From positions 1 through 29,738 of the IMG/VR virus record IMGVR_UViG_3300035135_003029: a DNA stretch of 29,738 nt; one strand, written 5' to 3'. Of this stretch, positions 19,434 to 27,418 are shown piece after piece (position 1 is the first letter of the stretch; every line of letters begins with the position of its first letter). The notes beneath the pieces are model-generated. The model was given only the letters and a program-made list of their open reading frames with translations. It was not told the origin of the DNA and ran no database searches. The stretch comes from a virus. Taxonomy: Duplodnaviria; Caudoviricetes. The translations under genes and the position numbers were made by a program.

Positions 19434-19654
19434 GCGCTGAAAGAGTACCATACCCCGAACTAGACTGCGCCCTTGCTATGAGTAAGGCGCGTGGCAATCT
19501 TAACTTTCTTGTTAATGTAATAAAAGAAGGATGGTGCGAAACGCACACCAAAGCGCAAGCTGTACAAGATGCACATTCTGCACTAGTAGAAGCGCAAAAA
19601 GAATACGAAAAAGTCTTGACTTTACTCAGAGAATCCACTAATGTAAATGTATGA
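19430..19654 (+). CDS. Hypothetical protein
   Basis: 74 aa; ATGA overlaps on both sides. Confidence 0.65.
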   Translation: MSAERVPYPELDCALAMSKARGNLNFLVNVIKEGWCETHTKAQAVQDAHSALVEAQKEYEKVLTLLRESTNVNV

Positions 19655-19815
19655 TAACGATTGCAAAGAATAAAAACTTCTCGAATTGGTTCGACCTTAG
19701 GGTCTTTGGTCAACTAGTAGACCAATTCAGTAACGAACAACGCGCCATGCACATGGCTAGACGTATACGTCGTAAAGAGTACCCCAAGGCTACCATTAAA
19801 CTCATAGAGCAATGA
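19651..19815 (+). CDS. Small basic hypothetical protein (54 aa), not in ORF track
   Basis: MITIAKNKNFSNWFDLRVFGQLVDQFSNEQRAMHMARRIRRKEYPKATIKLIEQ*; TTGACT-17-TAATGT-6-ATG. Confidence 0.65.
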   Translation: MITIAKNKNFSNWFDLRVFGQLVDQFSNEQRAMHMARRIRRKEYPKATIKLIEQ

Positions 19816-19882
19816 TCTTCTTAATTGTGAGCGGAATATGTTGCTCCGCCTATGTACTCACAAGGAAGCCACATTGAACTAT

Positions 19883-19904
19883 CCCCCCGAAAGGGGGGTT
19901 TTTT
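19883..19904 (+). terminator. Rho-independent terminator
   Basis: CCCCCC-GAAA-GGGGGG-TTTTTT. Confidence 0.85.
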
Positions 19905-19922
19905 GTACTACTAAAAGTTCCG

Positions 19923-19989
19923 TAAGTCCTTGAATATCAACAACTTAGGCCGGCGCGCCGGCTGTAAGTCGTTGTATAACAACAACTTA
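19923..19989. repeat. 67-bp double-palindrome element, copy 2
   Basis: TAAGTCCTTGAATATCAACAACTTA-GGCCGGCGCGCCGGCTG-TAAGTCGTTGTATAACAACAACTTA. Confidence 0.95.
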
Positions 19990-20055
19990 CGACAAAATAA
20001 AAATAATTGCCAATATGCTTGACGTCAACCCCCTTATCCATTAGGTTGTTAGTAT

Positions 20056-20178
20056 ATGAAAAACAAAGCTAAAATAAAAGTGAGGATTCCAATGGTCTTT
20101 ACTAAAGCCCGTCCTCATAAGCTAAAAAACAAGGTTCTGCCTCGCAAGGCAAAACACAAACAAAGGATATATGCATGA
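20056..20178 (+). CDS. Small very basic protein (40 aa), not in ORF track
   Basis: MKNKAKIKVRIPMVFTKARPHKLKNKVLPRKAKHKQRIYA*; TTGACG promoter at 20019; ATGA overlap with next gene. Confidence 0.6.
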   Translation: MKNKAKIKVRIPMVFTKARPHKLKNKVLPRKAKHKQRIYA

Positions 20179-20384
20179 GTAAGCACAATACTAATAACAT
20201 GGTCAAGGTAATGAAGCAACTTAAAAAGTGCCCCGACATTACCTCTATTCAGCAAACTAAAAAAGGTTACATGATACAAGCCAAATGTGGCGAGCAACAC
20301 TTGATTCACCAAGGATCAAATTGTTACCACCCTTTACGCCGTTGGTGCAAAACCTTTACTTCTCTTAAAAACTTAACATTCTAA
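20175..20384 (+). CDS. Hypothetical basic protein (HicA-like size and pattern)
   Basis: 69 aa, helix-beta3-helix-like pattern; family assignment weak. Confidence 0.55.
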   Translation: MSKHNTNNMVKVMKQLKKCPDITSIQQTKKGYMIQAKCGEQHLIHQGSNCYHPLRRWCKTFTSLKNLTF

Positions 20385-20388
20385 AAAT

Positions 20389-20706
20389 ATGAAAAAAATT
20401 ACAATCTCACTCTCTCTTCTTCTTTTCTTTTCTTCTTTCTCTTATGGTAAAGATAAGTTTCGCATTGGCGTACGTGAATTTGACACCATGTCTGATGTTA
20501 GAAAATATGTAAAAGGAGTTAAAAAGAGAATTGATGAAAGTTTCCCAAGGCACGATCTCAAGGTTGAGCTTGAAAAGGTAAACAGGAGAAGGTTTGTAAT
20601 CAATAGAGAAACAACTTTAGCTGAGTCAGGCGTGCGTGGCAATATGATGCGAATTATTCCACCACAAAACGAAGACAGATACGGAAGAAAAAAATGTGAT
20701 AAATGA
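20389..20706 (+). CDS. Hypothetical secreted protein
   Basis: Signal peptide MKKITISLSLLLFFSSFSYG. Confidence 0.6.
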   Translation: MKKITISLSLLLFFSSFSYGKDKFRIGVREFDTMSDVRKYVKGVKKRIDESFPRHDLKVELEKVNRRRFVINRETTLAESGVRGNMMRIIPPQNEDRYGRKKCDK

Positions 20707-20742
20707 CTTGACTTCCTCAACCAATTAGCTTACTTTAATAAT

Positions 20743-20925
20743 ATGACAACATTACAAGAACTCACCGAAAGAATCAACGCCCTTCAAGACAGAATTGAAG
20801 CTAACATTGAAGCCGCTGAAGCGGGTAGCATCTCAGCACGACAAACAATTATCACTTGCGAAGAAATGAAAATGGAAATTTCTGATGCCATTGATCAAAT
20901 GGGCATTAATGCTTGCTTAGTATAA
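20743..20925 (+). CDS. Hypothetical coiled-coil protein
   Basis: 60 aa; TTGACT-17-TACTTT-6-ATG. Confidence 0.7.
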   Translation: MTTLQELTERINALQDRIEANIEAAEAGSISARQTIITCEEMKMEISDAIDQMGINACLV

Positions 20926-20940
20926 CCGCCAAAGTTTACC

Positions 20941-21007
20941 TAAGTCCTTGGTAATCAGGGACTTAGGCCGGCGCGCCGGCTGTAAGTCGTTGAATATAAA
21001 CGATTTA
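20941..21007. repeat. 67-bp double-palindrome element, copy 3
   Basis: TAAGTCCTTGGTAATCAGGGACTTA-GGCCGGCGCGCCGGCTG-TAAGTCGTTGAATATAAACGATTTA. Confidence 0.95.
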
Positions 21008-21081
21008 TGAAATAAAAAATAATTCAAAATAAATGCGAATATGCTTGCTATACCCTGCCAGATGGGCTATGTTGTTTGTAT

Positions 21082-21315
21082 ATGATTAGTAAGTACTCAC
21101 ACTTCGACCGCAACGATAACGCCCTTGCAAATGAGCAAGCTCGCCAAATGGCAGAAATCAACAGGGAGATCGCCCGCACGAATCAAGCCCTCGCAGAAGA
21201 GCGCTACCTTGAGGAGCAAGCTCTAATGCAAGAGGTTCACCGCAACCACGAAGAGCGTTGGCACGATGCCTACGAAGACTTCGACTACGGCTACCATGAC
21301 CAATACGACTTTTAG
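21082..21315 (+). CDS. Hypothetical protein with acidic/aromatic tail
   Basis: Only gene between element copies 3 and 4; TTGCTA-17-TATGTT upstream. Confidence 0.65.
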   Translation: MISKYSHFDRNDNALANEQARQMAEINREIARTNQALAEERYLEEQALMQEVHRNHEERWHDAYEDFDYGYHDQYDF

Positions 21316-21317
21316 CA

Positions 21318-21384
21318 TAAGTCGTTGGTAGTCAGGCACTTAGGTGCCGCGCGCCGCCGTAAGTCGTTGAATATCAACAACTTA
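21318..21384. repeat. 67-bp double-palindrome element, copy 4 (at the convergence point)
   Basis: TAAGTCGTTGGTAGTCAGGCACTTA-GGTGCCGCGCGCCGCCG-TAAGTCGTTGAATATCAACAACTTA. Confidence 0.95.
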
Positions 21385-21393
21385 CGACAACTT

Positions 21394-21507
21394 TTACCAA
21401 AATTTCTCTTCGTTGTCGTAGTCTACCATGTCTTGATAAGCCATGTACGCAACCATTGCGGGAGTTGTCAAGAAAAAAATTGCAACTAATACTTCTAAAA
21501 TAATCAT
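21394..21507 (-). CDS. Small membrane protein (37 aa), not in ORF track
   Basis: MIILEVLVAIFFLTTPAMVAYMAYQDMVDYDNEEKFW*; ATGA overlap with upstream gene. Confidence 0.55.
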   Translation of the reverse strand: MIILEVLVAIFFLTTPAMVAYMAYQDMVDYDNEEKFW

Positions 21508-21770
21508 GAGTAAAGCCCTTTCATTTCATCGCTAATGCCAAAATCTAAATCCTCTTCATCAATAGATTCAGCGGTTGGCTTGTAATCAATTAGAGAAACT
21601 TCGTCTTCGATGTCGCACTCTTGAGCATCTAATAAGCCATGCTCGCCCAAAACTTCTTCGGACTTAATTTCCTCGATGAAGTCAGCAACTGACTTGGTGG
21701 CTGAAACCTTTTGTGAGCTTTCTGCCGCGTGTTTAATAACTGCGATTCGTTGTTCTTCTGTTAATGTCAT
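21504..21770 (-). CDS. Acidic hypothetical protein
   Basis: 88 aa, Asp/Glu-rich; TTGACT-17-TACCTT-6-ATG. Confidence 0.7.
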   Translation of the reverse strand: MTLTEEQRIAVIKHAAESSQKVSATKSVADFIEEIKSEEVLGEHGLLDAQECDIEDEVSLIDYKPTAESIDEEDLDFGISDEMKGLYS

Positions 21771-21791
21771 AATAATAAGGTAATCTAGTTT

Positions 21792-22136
21792 TTAGTGAGA
21801 GTCAACAAGTTTTTTGTTAAAATCTGCTCGCATTGCTACAAGCAAATCTTCGTGAGCTTTCCCATCCATCTCAAATTGATGCATAAGTGATGTCACTCTG
21901 TGTGGCTCTTGCCAACCTAGCACATCATCAGAAACAGATAATGGAACGAAGTTTTTATCTTCATTAAATACTGCAACTTCAAAAGTATCGGGATAACGAC
22001 CATAAAATGGTTGAAATGCTCCATCATCGTTGCCCGCAATAACCGAGAATAAATATCCATTGTCAAGTGTGAGCGATGCACTCCATCTTCTGATAGAGTC
22101 ATCGTAAGTGAATTTTAAATCATCGAAGTTTTTCAT
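21792..22136 (-). CDS. Phage hypothetical protein (FEVAVF...DDVLGW motif)
   Basis: 114 aa; TTGACA promoter upstream. Confidence 0.7.
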   Translation of the reverse strand: MKNFDDLKFTYDDSIRRWSASLTLDNGYLFSVIAGNDDGAFQPFYGRYPDTFEVAVFNEDKNFVPLSVSDDVLGWQEPHRVTSLMHQFEMDGKAHEDLLVAMRADFNKKLVDSH

Positions 22137-22169
22137 ATAATAATAAACTAAATTAGTTTGTTTTGTTTG

Positions 22170-22409
22170 TCAAGCTACTTCAGCTAAATCTTTTGCCAAT
22201 GCTCTTTCTGCATCTACTTGTTGTTGTAATAAGTTGAGTTTGTTGAGTAAACCTTTGTAGCCGATATAGTCACCACGAAAGTGACCTTTCCATACTCCGT
22301 CAACTCGTTGAAATGTTACATCCCAAGCGCTCTTGTAGTCATATGTTCTAAGTAAGCCATTAGGTAAGCGCTCAAAGTAGAATTCTTTTCCGTTGTCTTT
22401 AATTGTCAT
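22170..22409 (-). CDS. Hypothetical protein
   Basis: Likely start MTIKDNGK at 22409 (TTGACA-17-TACTTT-6-ATG). Confidence 0.65.
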   Translation of the reverse strand: MTIKDNGKEFYFERLPNGLLRTYDYKSAWDVTFQRVDGVWKGHFRGDYIGYKGLLNKLNLLQQQVDAERALAKDLAEVA

Positions 22410-22440
22410 AAGTATAAAGTAGTTTAGTTTTTGCTCTGTG

Positions 22441-22623
22441 TCAAATAGAAACACGAATAAATTCTGTGGTAATGTTGCCAACATCGGCGCGGATGAAGTG
22501 GATCAAATCTTTTTCTAATGCTTCCTCGACCACAGCAAGGTGGTCTTTGAGTTTGCTATCATAGAGCCAAATCTCTCCGTCTTGGGTTGAATTGATAAGT
22601 TCAATAAGTTCTCTTGTCGTCAT
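22441..22623 (-). CDS. Hypothetical protein
   Basis: 60 aa; TTGCTA-17-TATTGT-6-ATG. Confidence 0.65.
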   Translation of the reverse strand: MTTRELIELINSTQDGEIWLYDSKLKDHLAVVEEALEKDLIHFIRADVGNITTEFIRVSI

Positions 22624-22687
22624 ATATATACAATAAGCGAGCCGGCAACTGATAGCAAGAAAAAAAGCAATTAAGTGAAAGTTTTCG

Positions 22688-22754
22688 TAAGTCGTTGAAT
22701 ATCAGGCACTTACGCCGGCGCGCGCCGCCTAAGTCGTTGAATATCAACAACTTA
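22688..22754. repeat. 67-bp double-palindrome element, copy 5
   Basis: TAAGTCGTTGAATATCAGGCACTTA-CGCCGGCGCGCGCCGCC-TAAGTCGTTGAATATCAACAACTTA. Confidence 0.95.
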
Positions 22755-22775
22755 GGAGACTTTTTTGGGGTTGAC

Positions 22776-23504
22776 TTAGTGGGCTAAGTACGCTATACCC
22801 TTTTTGCAACCCTTAATAAAGCAGAGGTTGCAATTATGGGCTTGACAAGTCGCAAGAATTTTGCCGTCCTCGCCTTTAACGTAAGTTGCGGGGCAAACAA
22901 AATGCCCGTCTTGCTCGGCTTTTGCCTTGCTAGTATAAACCGAAGTGCCCGCGTCGAGTCCGTCTACTTGAGGGGCTGGCTCATCTACATAAATTGCGCT
23001 TGGCTTAATGCAAACGTTTTTAAGGCTAGCTAACTTTTGCAAGTGTGGAAGTTGCGAGTCGCGCTTCCATTCCCTAGTTGGAAACCAAAAGCGAATTGTT
23101 GGGAATTGCTCACAAATCTTAATCCACGCGGCAATATACTTGGGGGAAAACAAATCGCCCGAATCATGAACGCGAAACAAATCTGTGTTTGTCTTTTTGA
23201 GTTGCTTTTTGTTTCCGTGCTTGTCAAAATACTTTGCGCGAATTTGCTTGCACATCTCATCAATAAAAGTTTGCCCGTTGTCTTGGTGCAAAGACTTTGT
23301 GATAAGATCCGCCTTGCCTTGTAAACTTGCCTTGACGTTAGCAAACATATAGAAACCCTTGCAAGCGTAGCAAGAATCACAAATAAACTTTTTGCCCGCT
23401 TCTTTAATCTTTGCTAATAGCTGCGCGGCTGGGCAATACTTGAAAGCGGGAATGTTGAATGAATAGCAAGGCATCTTGCTTGGGTTGGATAGTAAGTTAA
23501 TCAT
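22776..23504 (-). CDS. Gp88-like (radical SAM-related, Cys-rich) phage protein
   Basis: SKMPCYSFNIPA, CP...CDSCYA, FRVHDSGDLFS, FWFPTRE, C-terminal CxxxxCxxC. Confidence 0.75.
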   Translation of the reverse strand: MINLLSNPSKMPCYSFNIPAFKYCPAAQLLAKIKEAGKKFICDSCYACKGFYMFANVKASLQGKADLITKSLHQDNGQTFIDEMCKQIRAKYFDKHGNKKQLKKTNTDLFRVHDSGDLFSPKYIAAWIKICEQFPTIRFWFPTREWKRDSQLPHLQKLASLKNVCIKPSAIYVDEPAPQVDGLDAGTSVYTSKAKAEQDGHFVCPATYVKGEDGKILATCQAHNCNLCFIKGCKKGIAYLAH

Positions 23505-23525
23505 AATACTAAAGTAAACTAATTT

Positions 23526-23726
23526 TTAAACTAAGGCAAACACTAAATCCTCAAAAAAATCAGGCTCTAACCCGAACTCGTCGACAAATAAAGTTTCCCA
23601 TTCAAATGGGTCACCGCCTTGATTCAAATCAAGAGCCATTTCAGAGAAAAAAGCGCTCACTTGCAATTCCGCGTCTTCAAGGCTTAAGCCGTCACGCGCC
23701 ATTAGGATTTTTACTATTCTTTGCAT
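23526..23726 (-). CDS. Acidic phage hypothetical protein (LMARDG...EFGLEPD)
   Basis: 66 aa; TTGTGT-17-TACTGT-6-ATG. Confidence 0.7.
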   Translation of the reverse strand: MQRIVKILMARDGLSLEDAELQVSAFFSEMALDLNQGGDPFEWETLFVDEFGLEPDFFEDLVFALV

Positions 23727-23791
23727 AAGTATACAGTACCACCAAACCTAACCGAACACAAGAAAAAAGTGAATTAAATCGAAAGTTGTTG

Positions 23792-23858
23792 TAACTCGTT
23801 GAATATCAACGACTTCCGCCGGCGCGATTTTCATAAGTTGTTGATTATCAAGGACTTA
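23792..23858. repeat. 67-bp double-palindrome element, copy 6 (degenerate core)
   Basis: TAACTCGTTGAATATCAACGACTTC-CGCCGGCGCGATTTTCA-TAAGTTGTTGATTATCAAGGACTTA. Confidence 0.9.
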
Positions 23859-23880
23859 CGAAAAAACTGAGGGTAAAAGC

Positions 23881-23910
23881 AAACCCCCGCCGGCGGTGCC
23901 GACGAGGGTT
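23881..23910 (-). terminator. Probable terminator hairpin
   Basis: AACCC-CCGCCGGC-GGT-GCCGACG-AGGGTT imperfect stem followed by TTTGCTTTT on the minus strand. Confidence 0.55.
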
Positions 23911-23959
23911 ATATTTAGGGGATATATATTTGCAAGCTATATATTTACGCGGCCCGTAT

Positions 23960-24115
23960 TTACAAGCTACGCTTTTCTAATTCATACAACTTTAGTAGTA
24001 GTTTATAATGACGACGACGTTCATCATGATACTTAGGAGTATTATCCCCGTACATTTCACGAACAGCTAGCTTGTGGCCAAGCTCTCTGAGCTCCATTTT
24101 TAGTGACTCTATCAT
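23960..24115 (-). CDS. Hypothetical protein
   Basis: Likely start MIESLKMEL at 24115 just after the upstream stop. Confidence 0.55.
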   Translation of the reverse strand: MIESLKMELRELGHKLAVREMYGDNTPKYHDERRRHYKLLLKLYELEKRSL

Positions 24116-24117
24116 AA

Positions 24118-24351
24118 TTAAGCTTTGTTTAAGGATACGATTCTGTCGTAACGAAAGGAACGAACTCCTTCTTTGTTGTAACACCAAGACTTAAAGCCCA
24201 CCACAGCTTTACCTTCTTGCTTGTTGCCGAATTCATTACGGTGACTGGGTTTTGATATGGTGTACATTTCAGTGTTCCCGTCTGCAGCTGTGTACACAAC
24301 TTGATAGCGGGAAATAAAAAGATTAAGAATTGACTTCAATAAGTTCTTCAT
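24118..24351 (-). CDS. Small WYL/Sm-like domain protein
   Basis: C-terminal WCYNKEGVRSFRYDRIVSL resembles the WYL RxFRxDRI motif. Confidence 0.55.
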   Translation of the reverse strand: MKNLLKSILNLFISRYQVVYTAADGNTEMYTISKPSHRNEFGNKQEGKAVVGFKSWCYNKEGVRSFRYDRIVSLNKA

Positions 24352-24568
24352 TGTTGGATCCTCCTACAGGGTTTAAGTTATAGTGATTGTAAGCATCAGT
24401 CACTTCTTGTGCTGATTCGAAACTTACAGAAATAATGTCTCGTTCATCATATGGGTGGTAAGGAGTCTCCGACTCCTCAAAGAACAATTCCCAAAGCTCA
24501 CTCGCTTCATCCCATTCGGGTAAACCTAATGGCTTACCAACACAAACAGCTTCTATGTACTTATGCAT
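24323..24568 (-). CDS. Acidic hypothetical protein
   Basis: Likely start MHKYIEAV at 24568 with a GAGGAAGAAG upstream. Confidence 0.6.
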   Translation of the reverse strand: MHKYIEAVCVGKPLGLPEWDEASELWELFFEESETPYHPYDERDIISVSFESAQEVTDAYNHYNLNPVGGSNNEELIEVNS

Positions 24569-24782
24569 TAACTTCTTCCTCTTGTTCGATGTGAATGCCA
24601 AAGTGGTGTGCTAGCTCAGACAAGCTATCTTTAGAGCCTTTGTCTGAGAAGAAGTTGAAAGCAAAGTTTACCAACTTTTCGCGCTCGCTTTCTCTCATAT
24701 GTTTAATCTCTTCGTATATGTCGAAGATTGTGCAATTCCAATTCCAACTCTCTACCATATCTTCCATTTCTTGTTTTGTCAT
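24561..24782 (-). CDS. Hypothetical protein
   Basis: 73 aa; AGGAG RBS. Confidence 0.7.
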   Translation of the reverse strand: MTKQEMEDMVESWNWNCTIFDIYEEIKHMRESEREKLVNFAFNFFSDKGSKDSLSELAHHFGIHIEQEEEVNA

Positions 24783-24784
24783 AA

Positions 24785-24979
24785 TTATTCTCCTTGTAGT
24801 AACTTTTTGAATTGATCGTAAACTTTTTGTTTACTGCCCTTGAGTCCAAACTCCTCCTTAATAATAGAGTAGCAACTTCTGCCCCTAGTAAGCCTAAGAC
24901 CCATGATTTCTCCTTGCAATCCTTTAAGCAAAGTACGTTGACGGAATGATTCGATTTGTTTGGGTGTGTCTAATATCAT
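24785..24979 (-). CDS. Phage hypothetical protein
   Basis: 64 aa; GGAG RBS; ATGA overlap with upstream gene. Confidence 0.7.
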   Translation of the reverse strand: MILDTPKQIESFRQRTLLKGLQGEIMGLRLTRGRSCYSIIKEEFGLKGSKQKVYDQFKKLLQGE

Positions 24980-25203
24980 AGTGATGCTCCCTCCATTGAG
25001 CCGTTAAGGCATAGTTCGTGTTCTAGTGATTGTAGGTCAAGTATGAGGTCACTTAATGCTTCCTCTGCTGATTGAACTGTGAATCCATCTACGCCAAGTT
25101 CTTTGCCGCGCTCGACATTGATTCTATCCATTGCATCGGCATACCTCATGTTGCCTTCGCAAAGTTGGCGAATGGTTTGTATTATCTTTTCTTGTGTCAT
25201 CAT
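24976..25203 (-). CDS. Hypothetical protein
   Basis: 75 aa; TTGACA-17-TATATT-6-ATG. Confidence 0.7.
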   Translation of the reverse strand: MMTQEKIIQTIRQLCEGNMRYADAMDRINVERGKELGVDGFTVQSAEEALSDLILDLQSLEHELCLNGSMEGASL

Positions 25204-25217
25204 ATAAACAATATAGC

Positions 25218-25421
25218 TTACCTTAGGGCTGTTGTCAACTCATTTTGAAACTTTTTTGCTTCGACTAAATCTTTTAGGTCAAAGCTAATAGAAACAAGGT
25301 TGTCGTTAATGTTTTTCATGACCTTGACGAGATCCTCCATGTTTGCATGTCTACGGTGTTCTAGCATCTCATCACTGAGTCCGTCAATGGCGAATTTAAT
25401 TGCTTTTAATTCTTCTTTCAT
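25218..25421 (-). CDS. Hypothetical coiled-coil protein
   Basis: 67 aa, abuts upstream stop. Confidence 0.65.
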   Translation of the reverse strand: MKEELKAIKFAIDGLSDEMLEHRRHANMEDLVKVMKNINDNLVSISFDLKDLVEAKKFQNELTTALR

Positions 25422-25616
25422 TTAATCTGTCTTTACCTCCTCTAATAATGAGTCTAATTGTAGTTCTGCTCTATACTTAAGCTCGGTTGGATCGAGAATA
25501 AATATGTTGCCGTTGATATGTAATGTGAATTGATTATTGTCAGTTGTGACTGAGTATTGGTTTTCCGTAAACCAATCTTTTGCATACTTAATTGTTGTTT
25601 GTGATAGGTTGTTCAT
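25422..25616 (-). CDS. Hypothetical protein
   Basis: 64 aa; ATGA overlap with upstream gene. Confidence 0.6.
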   Translation of the reverse strand: MNNLSQTTIKYAKDWFTENQYSVTTDNNQFTLHINGNIFILDPTELKYRAELQLDSLLEEVKTD

Positions 25617-26014
25617 GGTATGTAGGCGGTTACTTGGTTGTGTGATAATAAAACTTCATCTGCATAGTATACAAACTTCTCGGTATCCTTGTCAACAAAA
25701 GTCTCATACTTGTATGGATTATATGTTACCTCAGTTGCGGGTCTGTCTGTGTTTACATTCTCGGCATCTTGAAGATAGCCCTTCACAAAAGCATGAACAT
25801 TCTTGCGCTTCTCACGAAGAACCTTTTCTCTGCCCTTGATGTCAACATGAAAATAGCAATCCCAAAGTCCGATACTATCGCCTTGTGGGATGTGAGCCTT
25901 AACTAAACCATGTTGCTTGATGCTCCAACAATCCTTGTGTAGATTCTTGTAAACATATACAGGACGATTCTTCTTGATGATGTATCGTGGGTCGTGTTGG
26001 TTTCTCTTAATCAT
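25613..26014 (-). CDS. Conserved-looking phage hypothetical protein (VYxNLHKxCWS...KNVHAFVxG...YNPYK)
   Basis: Likely start MIKRNQ at 26014 (TTGCGG-17-TATTGT-6-ATG); motif recalled from many phages. Confidence 0.75.
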   Translation of the reverse strand: MIKRNQHDPRYIIKKNRPVYVYKNLHKDCWSIKQHGLVKAHIPQGDSIGLWDCYFHVDIKGREKVLREKRKNVHAFVKGYLQDAENVNTDRPATEVTYNPYKYETFVDKDTEKFVYYADEVLLSHNQVTAYIP

Positions 26015-26079
26015 ATAACTACAATAAGGTAGTTTCTTAATTACCGCAAGAACAAAATGCAATTAAATGCATTTTGTTG

Positions 26080-26146
26080 TAAGTGTCTGTATATCAATGA
26101 CTTACGGCTCGCGCGCCGGCATAAGTCGTTGAATATCAACAACTTA
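26080..26146. repeat. 67-bp double-palindrome element, copy 7
   Basis: TAAGTGTCTGTATATCAATGACTTA-CGGCTCGCGCGCCGGCA-TAAGTCGTTGAATATCAACAACTTA. Confidence 0.95.
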
Positions 26147-26161
26147 CGGAAAGTTTCGGGC

Positions 26162-26192
26162 AAAAATAAAACCCCTCCCCGAAGGGAGGGGT
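26162..26192 (-). terminator. Rho-independent terminator
   Basis: Minus strand ACCCCTCCC-TTCG-GGGAGGGGT-TTTATTTTT, downstream of the DUF932-like gene. Confidence 0.85.
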
Positions 26193-26205
26193 ATGACACA
26201 ACTAC

Positions 26206-27075
26206 TTACACCTCAACCAATTCGTTCTCTACCACTTCCATGTCAAGAACATTCTCGACATGATTGTGAACATTGAAGTCTACGTACCCATCAAGTAATG
26301 AGTGTAGCGCATCAGAGCGATTTGGGAGTTGAACAAGATTACCTTTGTATACCTCTGTAAAGGCATTATAAAGGGAGTTGACATTTCTGTCGTGAAATTC
26401 GGGGTGATCGGATGATTCCCATTGATTCACAACATCAAGGAGTTTGGTTTTAGGCAAAGCACCCATTTGAACCGCTTTGACAATTAAGTCATTTGCATAG
26501 ACATTTCCAATAGAACGATTTTTGTATGCATCAATACGAGCATCTTGACCATTCCAAAAGCCAAACAACTTACCAAGCGCACGATTGATGGTGAAGTTGA
26601 GATCGTCTAAAATGTTGCGAGTGTGACGACGCGCAAGTTTGATTGTATTGGTGAAGATAAGATTGTCACAGACGAAAGGTGCATCACCTGCACACAATCC
26701 CGCAGGGAATTTTTTGTCGTGAGAGTTACGAATACCAACCACACAACCACGATCAGTAGAAACACGATTGACGTGATCAATGGCAAACAAACCAAAGTAA
26801 TGATTGTCGTGAGAAGCTAATGAGTGAATCTCATCTTGAATGCGGAAACCTTGAGAGGTTAAGGCATTGCGAGTGCGATCAATCAATTCAGCATGAGCGA
26901 TTGGTTGATAAGAAATGGTGCGCTCACCATTGGCATTTTCTTTTTTGCGGAACTCAACAGGTGGAGTTGGTACAGCGCGAATCTCGTCAATATCGTAGAG
27001 TTTGTGATTACCTCCGCAAATGTGCAAGTTAACAGATTTGTGAGGAGCGGTATTGGTGTTTTCTTCAATGTTCAT
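26206..27075 (-). CDS. DUF932-like family protein
   Basis: YQPIAHAELI, GIRNSHD, FVCDNL, RRHT, SLYNAFTE motifs. Confidence 0.75.
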   Translation of the reverse strand: MNIEENTNTAPHKSVNLHICGGNHKLYDIDEIRAVPTPPVEFRKKENANGERTISYQPIAHAELIDRTRNALTSQGFRIQDEIHSLASHDNHYFGLFAIDHVNRVSTDRGCVVGIRNSHDKKFPAGLCAGDAPFVCDNLIFTNTIKLARRHTRNILDDLNFTINRALGKLFGFWNGQDARIDAYKNRSIGNVYANDLIVKAVQMGALPKTKLLDVVNQWESSDHPEFHDRNVNSLYNAFTEVYKGNLVQLPNRSDALHSLLDGYVDFNVHNHVENVLDMEVVENELVEV

Positions 27076-27113
27076 AATATCTATAATATAGTAGTTGTTG
27101 TTGTTGTCAATAG

Positions 27114-27353
27114 TTAATTTTTATAAATTCTGTTTTCTTTTCCTTCGAACATAGTCTCAAAGGCATAGGCTTTTTTTGCAACCTCATCAATATAAGCGCG
27201 AATCAAACTATAACCAATTAAGTCACGTGTGTCAAGGTCTAATTTGTTAAGGACATTCCACTCAAGCATATCCATTGCAAGTTGAACTCCCTCCATTGAA
27301 TCTAAATTGTCAAAGTTGGGAGCTTTGTTTTCATAATCTTCGTTTAACTTCAT
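27114..27353 (-). CDS. Hypothetical protein
   Basis: 79 aa; TTGCGG-17-TAGTAT-6-ATG. Confidence 0.7.
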   Translation of the reverse strand: MKLNEDYENKAPNFDNLDSMEGVQLAMDMLEWNVLNKLDLDTRDLIGYSLIRAYIDEVAKKAYAFETMFEGKENRIYKN

Positions 27354-27418
27354 ATATACATACTAGGCTAGTTTTTAAAAAACCGCAAGAAAAAAGTGAA
27401 TTAAAATGAAAGTTGTCA

